64,000 nt of DNA, taken from Octopus vulgaris. Lineage: Eukaryota. Positions 1 to 13,018 of this stretch are shown here, in pieces. The notes below the pieces were generated by a model. It searched no databases and was not told where the DNA came from. It saw only the letters and a program-made list of their open reading frames with translations. The position numbers and the translations under genes were made by a program. Within the stretch, counting starts at the first letter, position 1; every line of letters begins with the position of its first letter. The stretch spans positions 35,340,001 through 35,404,000 of the forward strand of contig OX597828.1 of NCBI GenBank assembly GCA_951406725.2. The letters run 5' to 3'.

Positions 1-316
1 TCTGCGTTTGTGTGTCCATATGTTGAGTGGCAGAATATAGGACGGCAAATGTTGATTCCAACAAGACAACAGAATGGTATTAATTGTGGAGAAAGTTGGC
101 TCCAATGTCAGCCACACAACCCAACACACACACACACACACAAGCACACACACGCACACATACACAAACATATATATATGCAAACATACACACAACACAG
201 ATACATAATAAACTGATTAGATGCACAAAAAGACAAATTCAGTGCATACATACACACACTTACATACACAAATAGACTCATACATACACCAGCATATGTA
301 TATACACACACACACA

Positions 317-364
<48 letters not shown>

Positions 365-382
365 CATATGTAGAGTGATGTG

Positions 383-427
<45 letters not shown>

Positions 428-530
428 CCACACAAAGATCCAATCACACACTGACATATGTCATACAACACATGCTCTTAAACACATATACACATGCATC
501 CACACTGATATATATGCAAAGATACATATA

Positions 531-561
<31 letters not shown>

Positions 562-882
562 CACACTCACTCACACACAGCAAAACACATAAACTATATG
601 CCACACAAAGCTGTTTGTTATGAAAGTTATTGCATGCGATAAGGACATTAAGTTGGAGGATATTGTCTTTCCGATTCGGTGGAAAACATTATTATGAATG
701 CTCCAATTATATTTGCGATTTCTGTTCTTTTATTAATAAAAGAACATTTATTTACTCAGGAAAACTTTGAAACTAAAAGCACATTGTATTTATGATTGTC
801 ATTATTACTGCTGTAGTTGTAGGTTTTTGTTGTTGTTATTATTATTATTGTTCTTACTTTTATTATTGTTGTTGTTGTTGTT

Positions 883-925
<43 letters not shown>

Positions 926-1871
926 TTACCATATCAGTGAGTTGGCAGAAATGTTACCATGCTGAACAAAAGGCATAGCGGCATTTCTTCTGGGTTTGTA
1001 TTCTGAGATCAAATGCTGCAAAGAATAAGTCCTGTGGTGGTGTGGGGGGGGGGGGAGCGGTCAATTTCTTTGACTAACACCCTTTAAGGTGATGCTCCGG
1101 CATGGCCACAGTCAAATGACTGAAACAAGTAAAAAAAAAAAGAAGAAAGAATAAAAATCTTTTTGACGTTGATGGAGTAAAAATCCAGTTTTTACACAAG
1201 CAGTATATGAAAAGAGGCCACTGCAAGTGCAAAGCATCAGCTGTCTCCTTCATCAGGCAGGGACACACAAGACTGAAAGAGGAAACATATAAGTAGATTA
1301 TTATAGAACAGCAAAATATAATATCATGGGAGAACGGTTAATAGTCTAAAATTTGGCTGGTTATTAAGCTGTTAAATAAATGTTTCTCTACCATAATAAT
1401 AATGGCTATGAATGTGAATATTGTGAAAGTCTGAACATAAATTGATAAATTAGACACAGTAAATTGTTTGATGATATGTAATTATTGCAATTATTGAGTA
1501 AATAATAATCCCCAGTTGTATCAGCTTCACCTACACAAAGCAGTGCACATTATATCATGCCATAGCCTACGCAAATATTTAGCTGGCACAATGAAACATA
1601 AATGCTCCATATATATATGTATAAAATAAATGAAAGCAGCTATACGAAATATTAGCCGAAAAAAGAAAACTTTATTTGTCACTAATTGTTACTGAGGGTG
1701 CTGGGTTGCAACAATAATGCTAGAAATAAGAATTAAAAACTCTTAGAGCTGCACAAAAGCACATTTTCATACAGTGACAAGGGAGATAACTGCCCCATAA
1801 GTGAAACTAGATCACTAGACTAGGTTCCCCTGAAAAATTACAAGCTTGTCAGTAGTGACTACTTGTATGTA

Positions 1872-1903
<32 letters not shown>

Positions 1904-1906
1904 CAT

Positions 1907-1942
<36 letters not shown>

Positions 1943-2094
1943 ATGTATATATATATGCATATATACATATGTTTGTGTGTGTGTGTGTATATATATATAC
2001 ACAAAGAGAGAGACAGACAGACAGAATGCATAAGATATTTGAGAACAGATTTATGTTTATAAAAAAACAGATATATAATAGATAATAACTTAAT

Positions 2095-3155
2095 TTATCA
2101 AAAAATGCTATGAGGATAAAAATAAACTTTCTTTTCTGTAATGATATCCAATCAAGTCACCTTTGGCTTCAACAACTGCTTCTATATGAGATCTGAATCC
2201 TCTACATGCTCGAATCAAGTGGTTCTTGTTCATTTTGGACATTACTCTGACTATGGCAGCTTTCAAACAAACTTTGGTGTTATGAGCGTGTTCACCTCTC
2301 TCTTAACAACACTCCACATGTAATAGTCCAATCGCTTGAGATCTGGGGAATTAGAAGGCCAACTGTTAGTGGTTATGTGATCGTAAAAATTTTCAATCAT
2401 CCATTCCTGGGTTACTAGAGTCATATGTGATAGTGCAGAGTCTTACTGAAACATATATGGCCCTCAATTTTATACACTGTCTATCCAGGGCTTAACAATT
2501 ATTTAGAGGACCTCAATGTAGGTAGCAGAGTTAACTCTAACGCCTTGTGGAAAGAAGTAAGGAGGCATCATATGTCCTTCATTGCTGACAACATCTAAAA
2601 CCATGACAGTTGCAGAAAATTTTGTATGCATAACACTTGGAGCTTCAGAAGATTCTGCACATAACCATCTGTCATTTCTTCTGTTAACTTGGTCGAAGTT
2701 TTTCTCATTTGAGAAAAACTAAATCAAATATTCTTCTGCTGGATTTTTCAATTTGCTTAAGAACCTTTTAGATCTGATGTAGTCATTTTCTTTTGCTTTT
2801 TCTGACAAATTGACCTTTCCCCATCATATAAGACATATCTGATGTCCCTGTGGACAACATTTCTGACTGTTCCTTCTGATACATGGAAATCTTTTGCAAT
2901 TGACCCCTTGGAATTTCTGGGATTGTAATCAATGGTCTGTTGAACTTGCTGGATAAGTTCAGGTGTTCTGATGATTTCAGAGCATTTAGAATGCTTTTTA
3001 TGCTTTGATACTGGTGATACATTTCCATCTTCAGTCTCTAGCTCCTTACAAACTTTGTTGACAAAAGATCTGCCAACATTTAAAAGTCAAGATATTTCTA
3101 AATCGCTATGCTCAACCTTTATAACCACAATAACAGCATGCCTTTGCATTTCTTA
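2095..3155 (-). pseudogene. Decayed maT (DD37D) Tc1/mariner-superfamily transposase
   Basis: Minus strand reads N-terminal [32 protein letters not shown], then FQ*DSALSH (Asp codon 2440-2442) and WPSNSPDLKRLDYYMW (Asp codon 2326-2328). The 114 nt offset gives 37 intervening residues, the DD37D spacing. Stops and frameshifts present. Confidence 0.85.
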
Positions 3156-3264
3156 AGTAAGCTGAGGGTCTTCCGTTATTATTTTCTGAAACAAAGATTA
3201 TACAGAGTTAGCAAAAGTGCAGCAATAACCCAGAAAAGATATGTCCTCAAATACGTTATGGATC

Positions 3265-3368
<104 letters not shown>

Positions 3369-3446
3369 AATATATATATATATATTCCTATATATATATA
3401 TATATGTATATATACACATATGTATATATGCATATATGCATATATG

Positions 3447-3507
<61 letters not shown>

Positions 3508-3726
3508 GTGTGTATATATGTATATATATATATAAGGAGAAAAGTCAAGGTAGAAAACGCTAAAATAATTTTATAAAAAACATTTCAGTACCAGTTCCGG
3601 TCACTGAGACTTTTTCAAATGTATGTATGGAAGACAACTAAATTTTGGAAAAATTTAAAGGAAAGTATTTTAAGAGTATTTGCATAGTATTCAAATACAA
3701 TGGGCATTTACCTTGTTTCTGTCTGT

Positions 3727-3772
<46 letters not shown>

Positions 3773-3814
3773 CTTGAAAATATACATACTTAATGTGTGT
3801 GTGTGTGTGTGTGC

Positions 3815-4095
3815 ATCATTATCATCGTTTATCGTCCATTTTCCATGCTGGCATGGGTTGGACAGTTCAATTGGGGTTTGGGAAGCCAGGAGGCTGCACC
3901 AGGCTCCAATCTGATTTGGCATGGTTTTCTACAGCTGAATGCCCTTCCTAATCCCAACCACTCCAAGAGAGTAGTGGGTGCTTTTTACATGCCACCGGCA
4001 CACAGGGCCAGAGGGGCTGGCATCGACCACGATCAGATGGTGCTTTTTACGTGCTTCTGGTGTGGGGCTCACAACTACAATTTCCATTTGATATA
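3815..4095 (-). mobile_element. RTE-LINE 3' UTR fragment / RTE-tailed short retroposon
   Basis: Matches the 3' end of the RTE copy at 47118-48695 (ccatgctggcatgggttggac...tttctacagctgaatgcccttcctaa) with a (CAT)n-type tail. Confidence 0.8.
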
Positions 4096-5081
4096 TGATG
4101 TATGTATGTATGTATTAGCACTCTTGCTAGCAGCTTCCAGTTTCTTCCATCTACTACTGTTACATTCACTCCATCACCCTGGGTTTCCCACTTTTCCGAA
4201 CAAAATGCCTTAGGCAGTTAGTAAGGTAGTTGGTACAGTCTCCCTAACCAGACTGCCTCCCTGTGCCTCCACACCAGATATGAAATGATCTAAAAGAGTG
4301 CAACAAGCATGACTGATGTCGAATTAGCTTCGCAGCTGCAGCTCACTTGCTAGCTGATGCCTAACTGTTCTCTGATGGTACAGATCTTCCATTTGACCAA
4401 AATCCTGTGAAAGTTTGCTCAACCAGTTGGCATAAAATCACTCTCAGACATACTCCAGCCTTTTCAAATGTAAACCGTGATGGCTTTTGCTATTCAAAGT
4501 TGCCTGGTCTTGTGCTTTTTCCCTTCAAATACTCTGAGCCTATTCATCTCTCCTCCTCTCATTATCCATCTTCTGTCCCATATGCTCTTATGTCCCATCA
4601 GCTTTCTGAATTCTCCTCCTTCCTCATTTCTTACCCCTCGGATGTTGACATGCAACTGTTGAAGCAGAATTCCGATGACATCGGTATCACCTTTTCCTTT
4701 CTTATTCGTTGACCCTGAAAAAACTTTACAGTGACCATGGCCCTCACAGGCTCTCCAAGACTGGTGAGCTTCATGCCATTAGTTTTCCCCTTAAATTGCT
4801 GCAAGTTAACACTGGCAGGAAATAGATAAGCATGGAAAATATTCAAGAGCTGACATTTTAAAGAGAAAAAAACTCACCTGAAGGGAAGTGAAATATTTTT
4901 TCTTTATTTACATTATTTACATTTGAAAGATATTTGTCCTTGTTTTGTTTGTTGTTAACACAACGTTTTGGCTGATATACCACTTCGGCCTTCATCAGGT
5001 GTCTTGGGGAAATTTCGAACCTGGTTTCTCATTCCTAAGGTATTTTTCGATGCTGTTGTTATTATTATTATCATTATTATG

Positions 5082-5143
<62 letters not shown>

Positions 5144-5154
5144 CAATAATATTA

Positions 5155-5231
5155 TTCAGGTCACTGCCTGGAATCGAACTCGGAATCTTGGGGTTAGTAG
5201 CCCGCACTTTTAACCACTACGCCATATGCCC
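5155..5231 (-). promoter_or_regulatory. tRNA-derived Pol III internal promoter (A and B boxes), not a functional tRNA
   Basis: Minus: gggcata TGGCGTAGTGG ttaaaagtgc GGG ctactaa CCC caagattcc GAGTTCGATTCC aggcagtgacc. The acceptor and T stems pair poorly. Confidence 0.75.
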
Positions 5232-5233
5232 AA

Positions 5234-5279
5234 GACACCTGATGAAGGCTGGAGGGTATATCAGCCGAAACGTTGTGTT
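5234..5279 (+). ncRNA. Minimal type I hammerhead ribozyme motif (core intact)
   Basis: gacac-CTGATGA-a-ggctg(gagggtatat)cagcc-GAAA-cgt-t-gtgtt: stem I gacac/gtgtt, 5-bp stem II, palindromic ACGT stem III, GUU cleavage triplet. Confidence 0.8.
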
Positions 5280-5486
5280 AACAACAAACAAGATGGGGAC
5301 AAATATCCATCAAATGTAAATAATGTAAATAATGTACATAATTCCTCATCTCTTAAATATAGAACTGAAGTATTTTCTTGTCCTGAAGATGAGGGCCTGG
5401 CTTTGGGATGTGGTCATAGCTATGTCAAGGATATGCTTTCACCAGGAGAGATTTTCGGTAATGAAGGACTATAAGGGTTTAGAAGA

Positions 5487-5780
5487 TGCATGGCTTAGTG
5501 GTTGCGGTATTCAGCTCATGATTGTGAGGTTGTAAGTTCAATTCCCAGTGAGCATGATACTTTATCTCATGTTGCTCCAGTCTACTCAACCGGAAAAAAT
5601 GAGTACCAGTAAGTCAAAGGGAGCCGTGTCATATTCTGGGTCACGCTGAATCTCTCTGGGAACTACTTTAAGGGTACACATATCTGTGAAGTACTCAGCC
5701 ACTTGCATGTTAATTTCAGGACCAAGCTGTTCCATTGATCAGGTCAACTAGAACATTCATTGTCATCGATGGAATGCTAG
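5487..5780 (+). mobile_element. Diverged tRNA-derived SINE (related to the family at 61266)
   Basis: gcatggcttagtggtt A box, aagttcaattccc B box, then tttatctcatgttgctccagtctactca as in 61266-61597. Confidence 0.65.
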
Positions 5781-6354
5781 TCATAAGGGCTCAAGCTGCT
5801 TGTTGCTTATGTTTAAGGGATTAATTTCTTTTTTTTGTCACAGAGAGAGATTCAGGGTGTCACTAGCGTTTAAACCAGTTAAGGTGAGACAGTGTCACGT
5901 GACAACTTGCTGAGGCTGCCTGCTGGAGCCTCTGCGGCAGGTATTTAAAGGGAGAAATTTGACAAGACAGTCAGTCACCGGCTGACACTCGCTGATGATA
6001 CATCGAAGAGGCCGGGGAACAGAAGAAAGAAGACATGCACCCAACACCAGAGCTGAAAGGGGAGGGGGGCGCCACGTCAAAACGGTAGAGGAGTAGGGGC
6101 CAAAACCGGATGTGGTTCCTCCTGATGATGTCTTGAGCTAACTGGATCCTATAAAGGAGCTGTTGTGGTAGCAGACCACGAAACACGGTTGTAATTCCTC
6201 CTGGCCCATATATTTTACCTGTTTTGTGTTCAAACCAGCTGATCTGACCTCTCATACCTACTCGGTAATGTCATTCAATCACATCGCTGTAATCTTGAAG
6301 CTACAAAATCATACATCATTAATTTAAAACAATGTGAATAAGTAAGCATAAGTA

Positions 6355-6674
6355 AACACCTGTCTAACGCCTGTGGACATGTTTACAAAGTCAGAAAACA
6401 GCACAGCTCCCATGAATTTCGGAAACATTTTTTTCATGCTAAGAGTTGCTGAAGTATGGAACAAACTGCCAGCATCAGTTGTTAGTTGCCAGAGCACTGC
6501 TTCCTTCAAAACTTCCATGCTTCCTGAGATTCGCCAACACTACACCTGATTTTCTCCCCTCCATACACATGCAAGCATACACTGTTCACTTTCCAGACAT
6601 TTGTACATTACTGCATATGCTTTATATGCACTTTTGACAAGTTTTGGTGCACCTGAGCACTATATACAATAATT

Positions 6675-6745
<71 letters not shown>
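6355..6745 (+). mobile_element. CR1-clade LINE 3' end with (ATT)n tail
   Basis: Reads GHVYKVRKQHSSHEFRKHFF, then after a frameshift LRVAEVWNKLPASVVSCQSTASFK, the typical CR1 ORF2 C-terminal motif (FF..RV...WN.LP..VV...S...FK). Followed by an ATT array. Confidence 0.8.
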
Positions 6746-6746
<1 letters not shown>

Positions 6747-7004
6747 TTGACAATGTAATCTGAATAGCAAACAGTTAAAGAACATTATCATTAATGGCTG
6801 ACTCCATTTACTTTAAAGTGAGTATGATAAGACAATAGCTGGCAGGTTCAGAGGTGTTACCTTTCTTGGAAATGAGACACACTACAACATGTTTTAAAAA
6901 GTCCTGTATTCCTACTGTTATTGCTGTTGTTGTTGTTGTTGCTGCTTAGCTTTAAATTAGCTCTGCTTGAACAAAACTTAAAGACTTTCCAGCCTTGATA
7001 TAGG

Positions 7005-7465
7005 GGCAGATAAAGTTGTGTGGTAGAGAAGCTTGCTCCCCACCTATGTGGTCCCATGTTCAATCCCTCTGTGTTGCACGTTGGGCACCTTCTGCTGTAC
7101 CCCTTGGATGATCAAAGCCTTAGGTGTGAATTTAGAAGATGGAAAGCATTGTGCGTGTGTGTGTGTGTGTGTTTGTATATATGTATATGTGTGTGTGGGT
7201 TTGTAGATATGTATATGTGTGTGTGTGTGTGTGAGTGTGTGTACCTATGTACTGACATCATGTGAAGATTGTAAACAAGTATCACTGTCATACAAGCAGT
7301 GTTGTTTATTTTCTGGTCTTCCATGCAAAACATGTCTGGGAAATTATAACCTAGCTTAGAAACAGATGAGAGTCCATGAAGGGCATCCAGCTGTAGAAAA
7401 TCCACCTCACAAATTCCATCTGACTCATGCAAGCATGGAAAAGTGGTTAGAAAATGATGATGGTG
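7005..7465 (+). mobile_element. CORE-type SINE, old subfamily with RTE-like tail
   Basis: Degenerate tRNA head, internal (TG)n, tail gaagggcatccagctgtagaaaa...catgcaagcatggaaaagtgg plus (TGA)n. Confidence 0.7.
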
Positions 7466-7562
7466 ATGAGGATAATCTTGATCATGTTTCTTACTCTTTT
7501 TCTGTGATTGGATGATTGCATTCATTTCTCAATGTAACTTTGCATTTACATTAAGACTTTTA

Positions 7563-7970
7563 GTTACTCTTTTACTCTTTTACTTGCTTCAGTCATTTGA
7601 CTGCGGCCATGCTGGAGCACCACCTTTAGTCGGGCAACTCGACCCCGGGACTTATTCTTTGTAAGCCCAGTACTTATTCTATCGGTCTCTTTTAGCCGAA
7701 CCGCTAAGTGACGGGGACATAAACACACCAGCATCGGTTGTCAAGCAATGCTAGGGGGACAAACACAGACACACAAACGTACATGCACATACATATATAT
7801 ACATACATACGATGGGCTTCTTTCAGTTTCCGTCTACCAAATCCACTCACAAGGCTTTGGTCGGCCCGAGGCTTTAGTAGAAGACATTTGCCCAAGGTGC
7901 CACGCAGTGGAACTGAACCCGGAACAATGTGGTTGGTAAGCAAGCTACTTACCACACAGCCACTCCTGTG
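7563..7970 (-). mobile_element. Full-length CORE-type tRNA SINE (Octopus OR-like family A)
   Basis: Minus: caggagtggctgtgtggtaagtagc head, CORE-like accttgggcaaatgtctt, internal microsatellite, 3' (gtaaaaga)n tail. Confidence 0.9.
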
Positions 7971-8600
7971 TCTTGTGTATGAAAGATATTTAACTAATGT
8001 TTCTAGCTGACCAACGGTCACATAGCAGCTTCGATTGTTTAGAGAAGTAAACAAGGTCAAGAGAAAAATCTGCTAAAATTGAGATAAGAGAATGTGTATT
8101 CTTAAAGAAGTCTAATATATGTGATATAGAATGGCTCTCAAGGCTAAGGGAATGCTAGAGATTGGTCTAAATATCTATCAAAGAATGGATATTTCAATTG
8201 AATAGAGAATATTCCTTATGTTTCTTTCAAAAGAAATCTTAGAAACTCTGAGAAATTTGTTGTAAAATGTAAATGTCAACAGCATGACAGTTGGTTATAT
8301 GGGCTGTGTATGGGTGAATGTGTGTGTGTGGGGGAGGAATTGAGAGGGGAAGGGAAGAGAAAAGGGGAGAAAGCGAGAGTGTGTGTGTGTGTGTGTGTGT
8401 GCATTTGTCCTGATTTGTTAGAGAAAGCTATATTCACATATGATGCCATATACACACACACAGGCCACACACCCCCCCCACACACACACACACATACTTG
8501 TAGATTGAAATATACATTTGCCTATGTGTGTGTTTGTGTGTGTATGTGTGCTTGTCTATGTCATAATATACAGTTAATATATATATATACATATGTAGGT

Positions 8601-8642
<42 letters not shown>

Positions 8643-8808
8643 GTGTATATATGTATTTGAATATATATATTTGTGTGTGTGTATGTGTCTGTATATATAT
8701 GTACATGTGCATGTATGTGCATATATGTGTGTGTGTGTATGCCCCAGCATGGCCACAGTTTAATGATTGAAACAAAGAAAAGGTAAAAATGGTGAAAGAT
8801 ATATGTGG

Positions 8809-8857
<49 letters not shown>

Positions 8858-9553
8858 TACATACACATAGATACATACATATATATTTATATGTGTATAT
8901 GTGTCTATAAGTATGAATGTACTTATATACATATATATGTATATGTGTCTGTGTGCATGCATATGCATGCATATATATATATATATTTTAAGTATACGTA
9001 TATTTCTATATTAACATAGATATATTCATGTATCTACATGTGTGTGTGTGTGTGAACCTGTAGTTATGTGTAACCTGTGTGTGTATGTGTCCCTCTATAT
9101 GTGTGTATCCCTGTATGTGCGTGTGTATTTGATATATATTGTCTTAAAGGGCAACTCCACTTCAACAGACATACAATAGTAAGTATTTCTTTGTTTTGTT
9201 TGGTAAGTCATTGAAGCAATCATTCAACTATACAATACAGGTGTGTGTTTAAGATGTGTTGATAGGTGCGTCTGTACATCCATAATCATGTGAATTAACA
9301 AGTGTGTGTGTGTGTGTGTGTGTGTTCATATAACTATGTGTATCTGTGCATTTGTGCAGAAGTATGGTAGAGCAAAGTGGAAACAACCAATAAGGTAGGT
9401 TAGAAATATAAAAATAAAATAACTCATACTTTTTTCAGCTATATTGTTATAAAAGGGTACCTTGTGTTCAAGTATAAACTATACGTATGTATGTATGTAT
9501 GTATGTATGTATGTATGTATGTATGTATGTATGTATGAATGTATGTATGTATG

Positions 9554-9584
<31 letters not shown>

Positions 9585-9585
9585 G

Positions 9586-9699
<114 letters not shown>

Positions 9700-10356
9700 C
9701 ATACATAGATACACAGATACATAGATACATAGATAGATAGAAAGATAGATAGAGGAATAGGCAGGTTGGTAGGTAGGTAGGTAGGTAGGTAGATAGATAG
9801 ATAGATCGAGAGATACATACGTACCTACATACGTACATTACATACATATATACTCCCTCACATTTATATATAGATATGTACATTTGTGTGTGTGTGTGTG
9901 TAGTTATAATTGTCTGTGCATATAAGTATTTGTGTGTCAGTGAATATATTTAATGATCTATATATAAATATATTTGTGTGTTTGCCTGTGTGTATATGTA
10001 GGTAGATAGATACACAAATAGAAACCATTATATATGTGTGTGTATCTATGTATATATGTATGTATGTATGTCTGTATGTATGTATGTGTGTGTGTATGTA
10101 TTTATATAAAATTAATATAAACAGCAGTTTTCAATATTTCACACACATGCATACGTACATACATACATACATACATACATACATACATACATACATACAT
10201 ACATACATACATACATACATACATACATACATACACACATATGTATATATACATATAAGTACACGCTCAGGCAGATATACACACACATGTGGATGTGAAA
10301 TATATGAATGTATTTATACATGTATTAGTGTGTACACATACATATACGTTTGTCTA

Positions 10357-10427
<71 letters not shown>

Positions 10428-10493
10428 CACACACATGTGTATATACTATAGATATGTATTATAATAGTGTACTTTTTGTATATGGGGAGGGTA

Positions 10494-10527
<34 letters not shown>

Positions 10528-10692
10528 TATATAGATAATGTAAATATATGTGTATGTATATGTATATATATATGTGTATTTGTGTGGTGTCTATCTAATA
10601 TATATATATATTTATATATATATGTATATTTATGTATGTATGCATATATGAGTGTGTGTACGTATATATATATATATATATATGTATGTACA

Positions 10693-10746
<54 letters not shown>

Positions 10747-10886
10747 CATACATATATATACACGTGTATGTGTACGTGCCTCTCCCCCTCTCTCCCTTTG
10801 TATGTATGTATGCATGGATATAGGTGAAAGAAGCCATGACGTTAACTCTATGAAATAGTTTTGTTTTGCTTTTTTCTTTCTTTTAG

Positions 10887-10922
10887 CAGAGTCTAAAATG
10901 TTGTATGCAAAGTAGAAAGGCG
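10887..10922 (+). CDS. Candidate 36/33-nt microexon (QSLKCCMQSRKA), host gene unknown
   Basis: About 25 nt U-rich tract containing TGC, tandem acceptor TAG|CAG|, open phase-0 frame, donor GCG|gtaagg. No transcript evidence. Confidence 0.35.
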
Positions 10923-11035
10923 GTAAGGTCAGTATGTTACATGCTGTAGGGTGTATTAGAATGGCAGCTGGAAAAATGGTGGAAGAAATGCCATATATAA
11001 TTGTCTGAAAGGACAATTGACTCATTAGCACTTAC

Positions 11036-11077
11036 CATTTGTCAGTTGTTCCAATGTGGTTCCACTAGTGCTGTTGA
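11036..11077 (-). CDS. Candidate 42-nt symmetric phase-1 exon (xNSTSGTTLEQLTN), host gene unknown
   Basis: Minus acceptor ttaatcacttctctag|, donor ATG|gtaagt, only one of three frames open. Confidence 0.3.
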
Positions 11078-11159
11078 CTAGAGAAGTGATTAACTACCTA
11101 CCTCCACATCAAGGCAGGGCCTGCTTGCTTGCCTGGTTGTTGCCAGTGGGACTCTGTGA

Positions 11160-11329
11160 ATGGTGGTGGTGGTGGTGGTGGTGGTGGTGGTGGTGGTGGT
11201 GGTGGCGGTGGTTGTGGTGGCAGTGGTGGTGGTGGTGGTGGTGGTCATGGTGCTGGCAGTGGTATTGTTGTTGTGGTAGTGGCGGCAGTAGGGGTGATAA
11301 TAGTTGCAGTGGTGATGATGATGGTGATA

Positions 11330-11372
<43 letters not shown>

Positions 11373-11440
11373 CGACGATGTCAATGACGACGACAATGAC
11401 GATGATGATGATTGGGATTGTAGTAATAATAATAATAATA
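11160..11440. repeat. Compound (TGG)n/(GAT)n/(AAT)n microsatellite
   Basis: Directly visible trinucleotide arrays. Confidence 0.95.
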
Positions 11441-11459
11441 ATCCGTCCTGCTATAGGCC

Positions 11460-11654
11460 CAACACCAAAAAGTTTATAGGAAGGGGTTAGTCAGTTCCAT
11501 GAACCTGCCCCCAGTGCTCAATTGGTACTCATTTTACTGACCCTATAAAGGATGAAAAACAAAGTTGACCTCAGCTGGATTTTAACTCAGAATGTAAAGC
11601 CAGAAAAACCTTTGCTAAGCACTTTGTCTGGCAATAATGATAACAATCATGATG

Positions 11655-11694
<40 letters not shown>

Positions 11695-12588
11695 TAATAA
11701 TAATAATAATAATAATAATAATTTGTTTCAAATGTTGGCACAAGACCAGCAATTACAGGTAATGGGGTTAGTTGATGACATCAACTGTAGGGCCCAACTG
11801 GTACTGTTTTTATTGAAATCAAAAGGATGAAAGGCAGATTTGACCTCAGTGGATTTTGAATTCAGAATATGAAGACCAATAAAATGCTGCTGAGCGTTTT
11901 TTCCAATGTGCTAACAATCCTGTTGGCTCACTGACTTAATAATAATAATAATAACATGGAACAAATAGGGGCTGCAATAAGGGTGGAACACGTGCAGAAA
12001 ACAGCACTGTTTAGAACCGGAAGGTGCTCGAAAAATAAGAGGTGTTACCTTAGTTCACAGGTAGTGAACAGCTGACAAATAACAACAATAACAATAGCAA
12101 TAATATTATTATTGACAACATCCTTTTGGGGTCGATAAATTAAGTATCAGTTGCGTACTGGGGTTGATCTAATTGACTGGCCCCTTCCTCAAAAATTTCG
12201 TGCTTTGTGCCTTGAGTAGAAAAGAACAAGATTATTGTTGACAACATTGATAATGTTGCATACCCTCCCCCAAAAATGAATAGCAAATACTCAAACGATA
12301 ATTGGTGATTAAAAACACAACAGAAATTTGCTTTAAGGTCATTTGTGGTTTGTACTAAGTGTTTCACTTGCATACACTCACATACATATTTATATATGAT
12401 AGGTGAGAGTGGATCTCCTTATTATATATATATATATATATGCATATATATATATCTACATATATATATATTTGTGTGTGTATATATATATATATATACA
12501 TACATACCTATATATATATATATACATATACACACATACATATATATATATACACAAATATATATATATGTATATATATATATATATG

Positions 12589-12638
<50 letters not shown>

Positions 12639-12670
12639 TATATATATGTATGTATGCATGAATGTGTGTG

Positions 12671-12719
<49 letters not shown>

Positions 12720-12968
12720 GTATGCATGCATGTATGCATGTTTATATATTATAATTACAAACTAATAATTTCAATAAATTAACTTTGTTATGTTCTGATA
12801 ACAACAAATGAAAGGGTTAGATTTTATCCACCGCCACCGCCACCACCACCACCCAATTCTTTGTAACTTATTCTATCCTTTTGAAGAATTCTTAGCTCAT
12901 GAATTTTGGCCTTTTATCTGGTTCCAAATATCAAATTCTATTTTATGTTTATTTGCATATACAGAAAA

Positions 12969-13018
<50 letters not shown>

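Larger units (their letters stand above)
4903..5367. mobile_element. Penelope-like inverted-repeat insertion with tRNA-like head, (AAT)n and type I hammerhead motif
   Basis: Minus copy 5231->4903 and plus copy ~5229->5367 share ccaagacacctgatgaagg...aaatgtaaataatgtaaataa in opposite orientation. The same family occurs at 30991-31529. Confidence 0.8.

Noticed and set aside
5155-5231. Genuine tRNA-Ser(ACT) gene, and other SINE heads as tRNAs
   Set aside because: Acceptor and T stems are mismatched, there is no long variable arm, and they are embedded in repeats.
5850-6200. GC-richer island as a promoter or exon
   Set aside because: No supported splice sites or recognisable ORF. A gtggt/accac-GAAA stem suggests a decayed Penelope-like end, but the core is incomplete.
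9439-9456. 18-nt microexon
   Set aside because: The acceptor is acceptable but the donor gtacct is weak; expected by chance.
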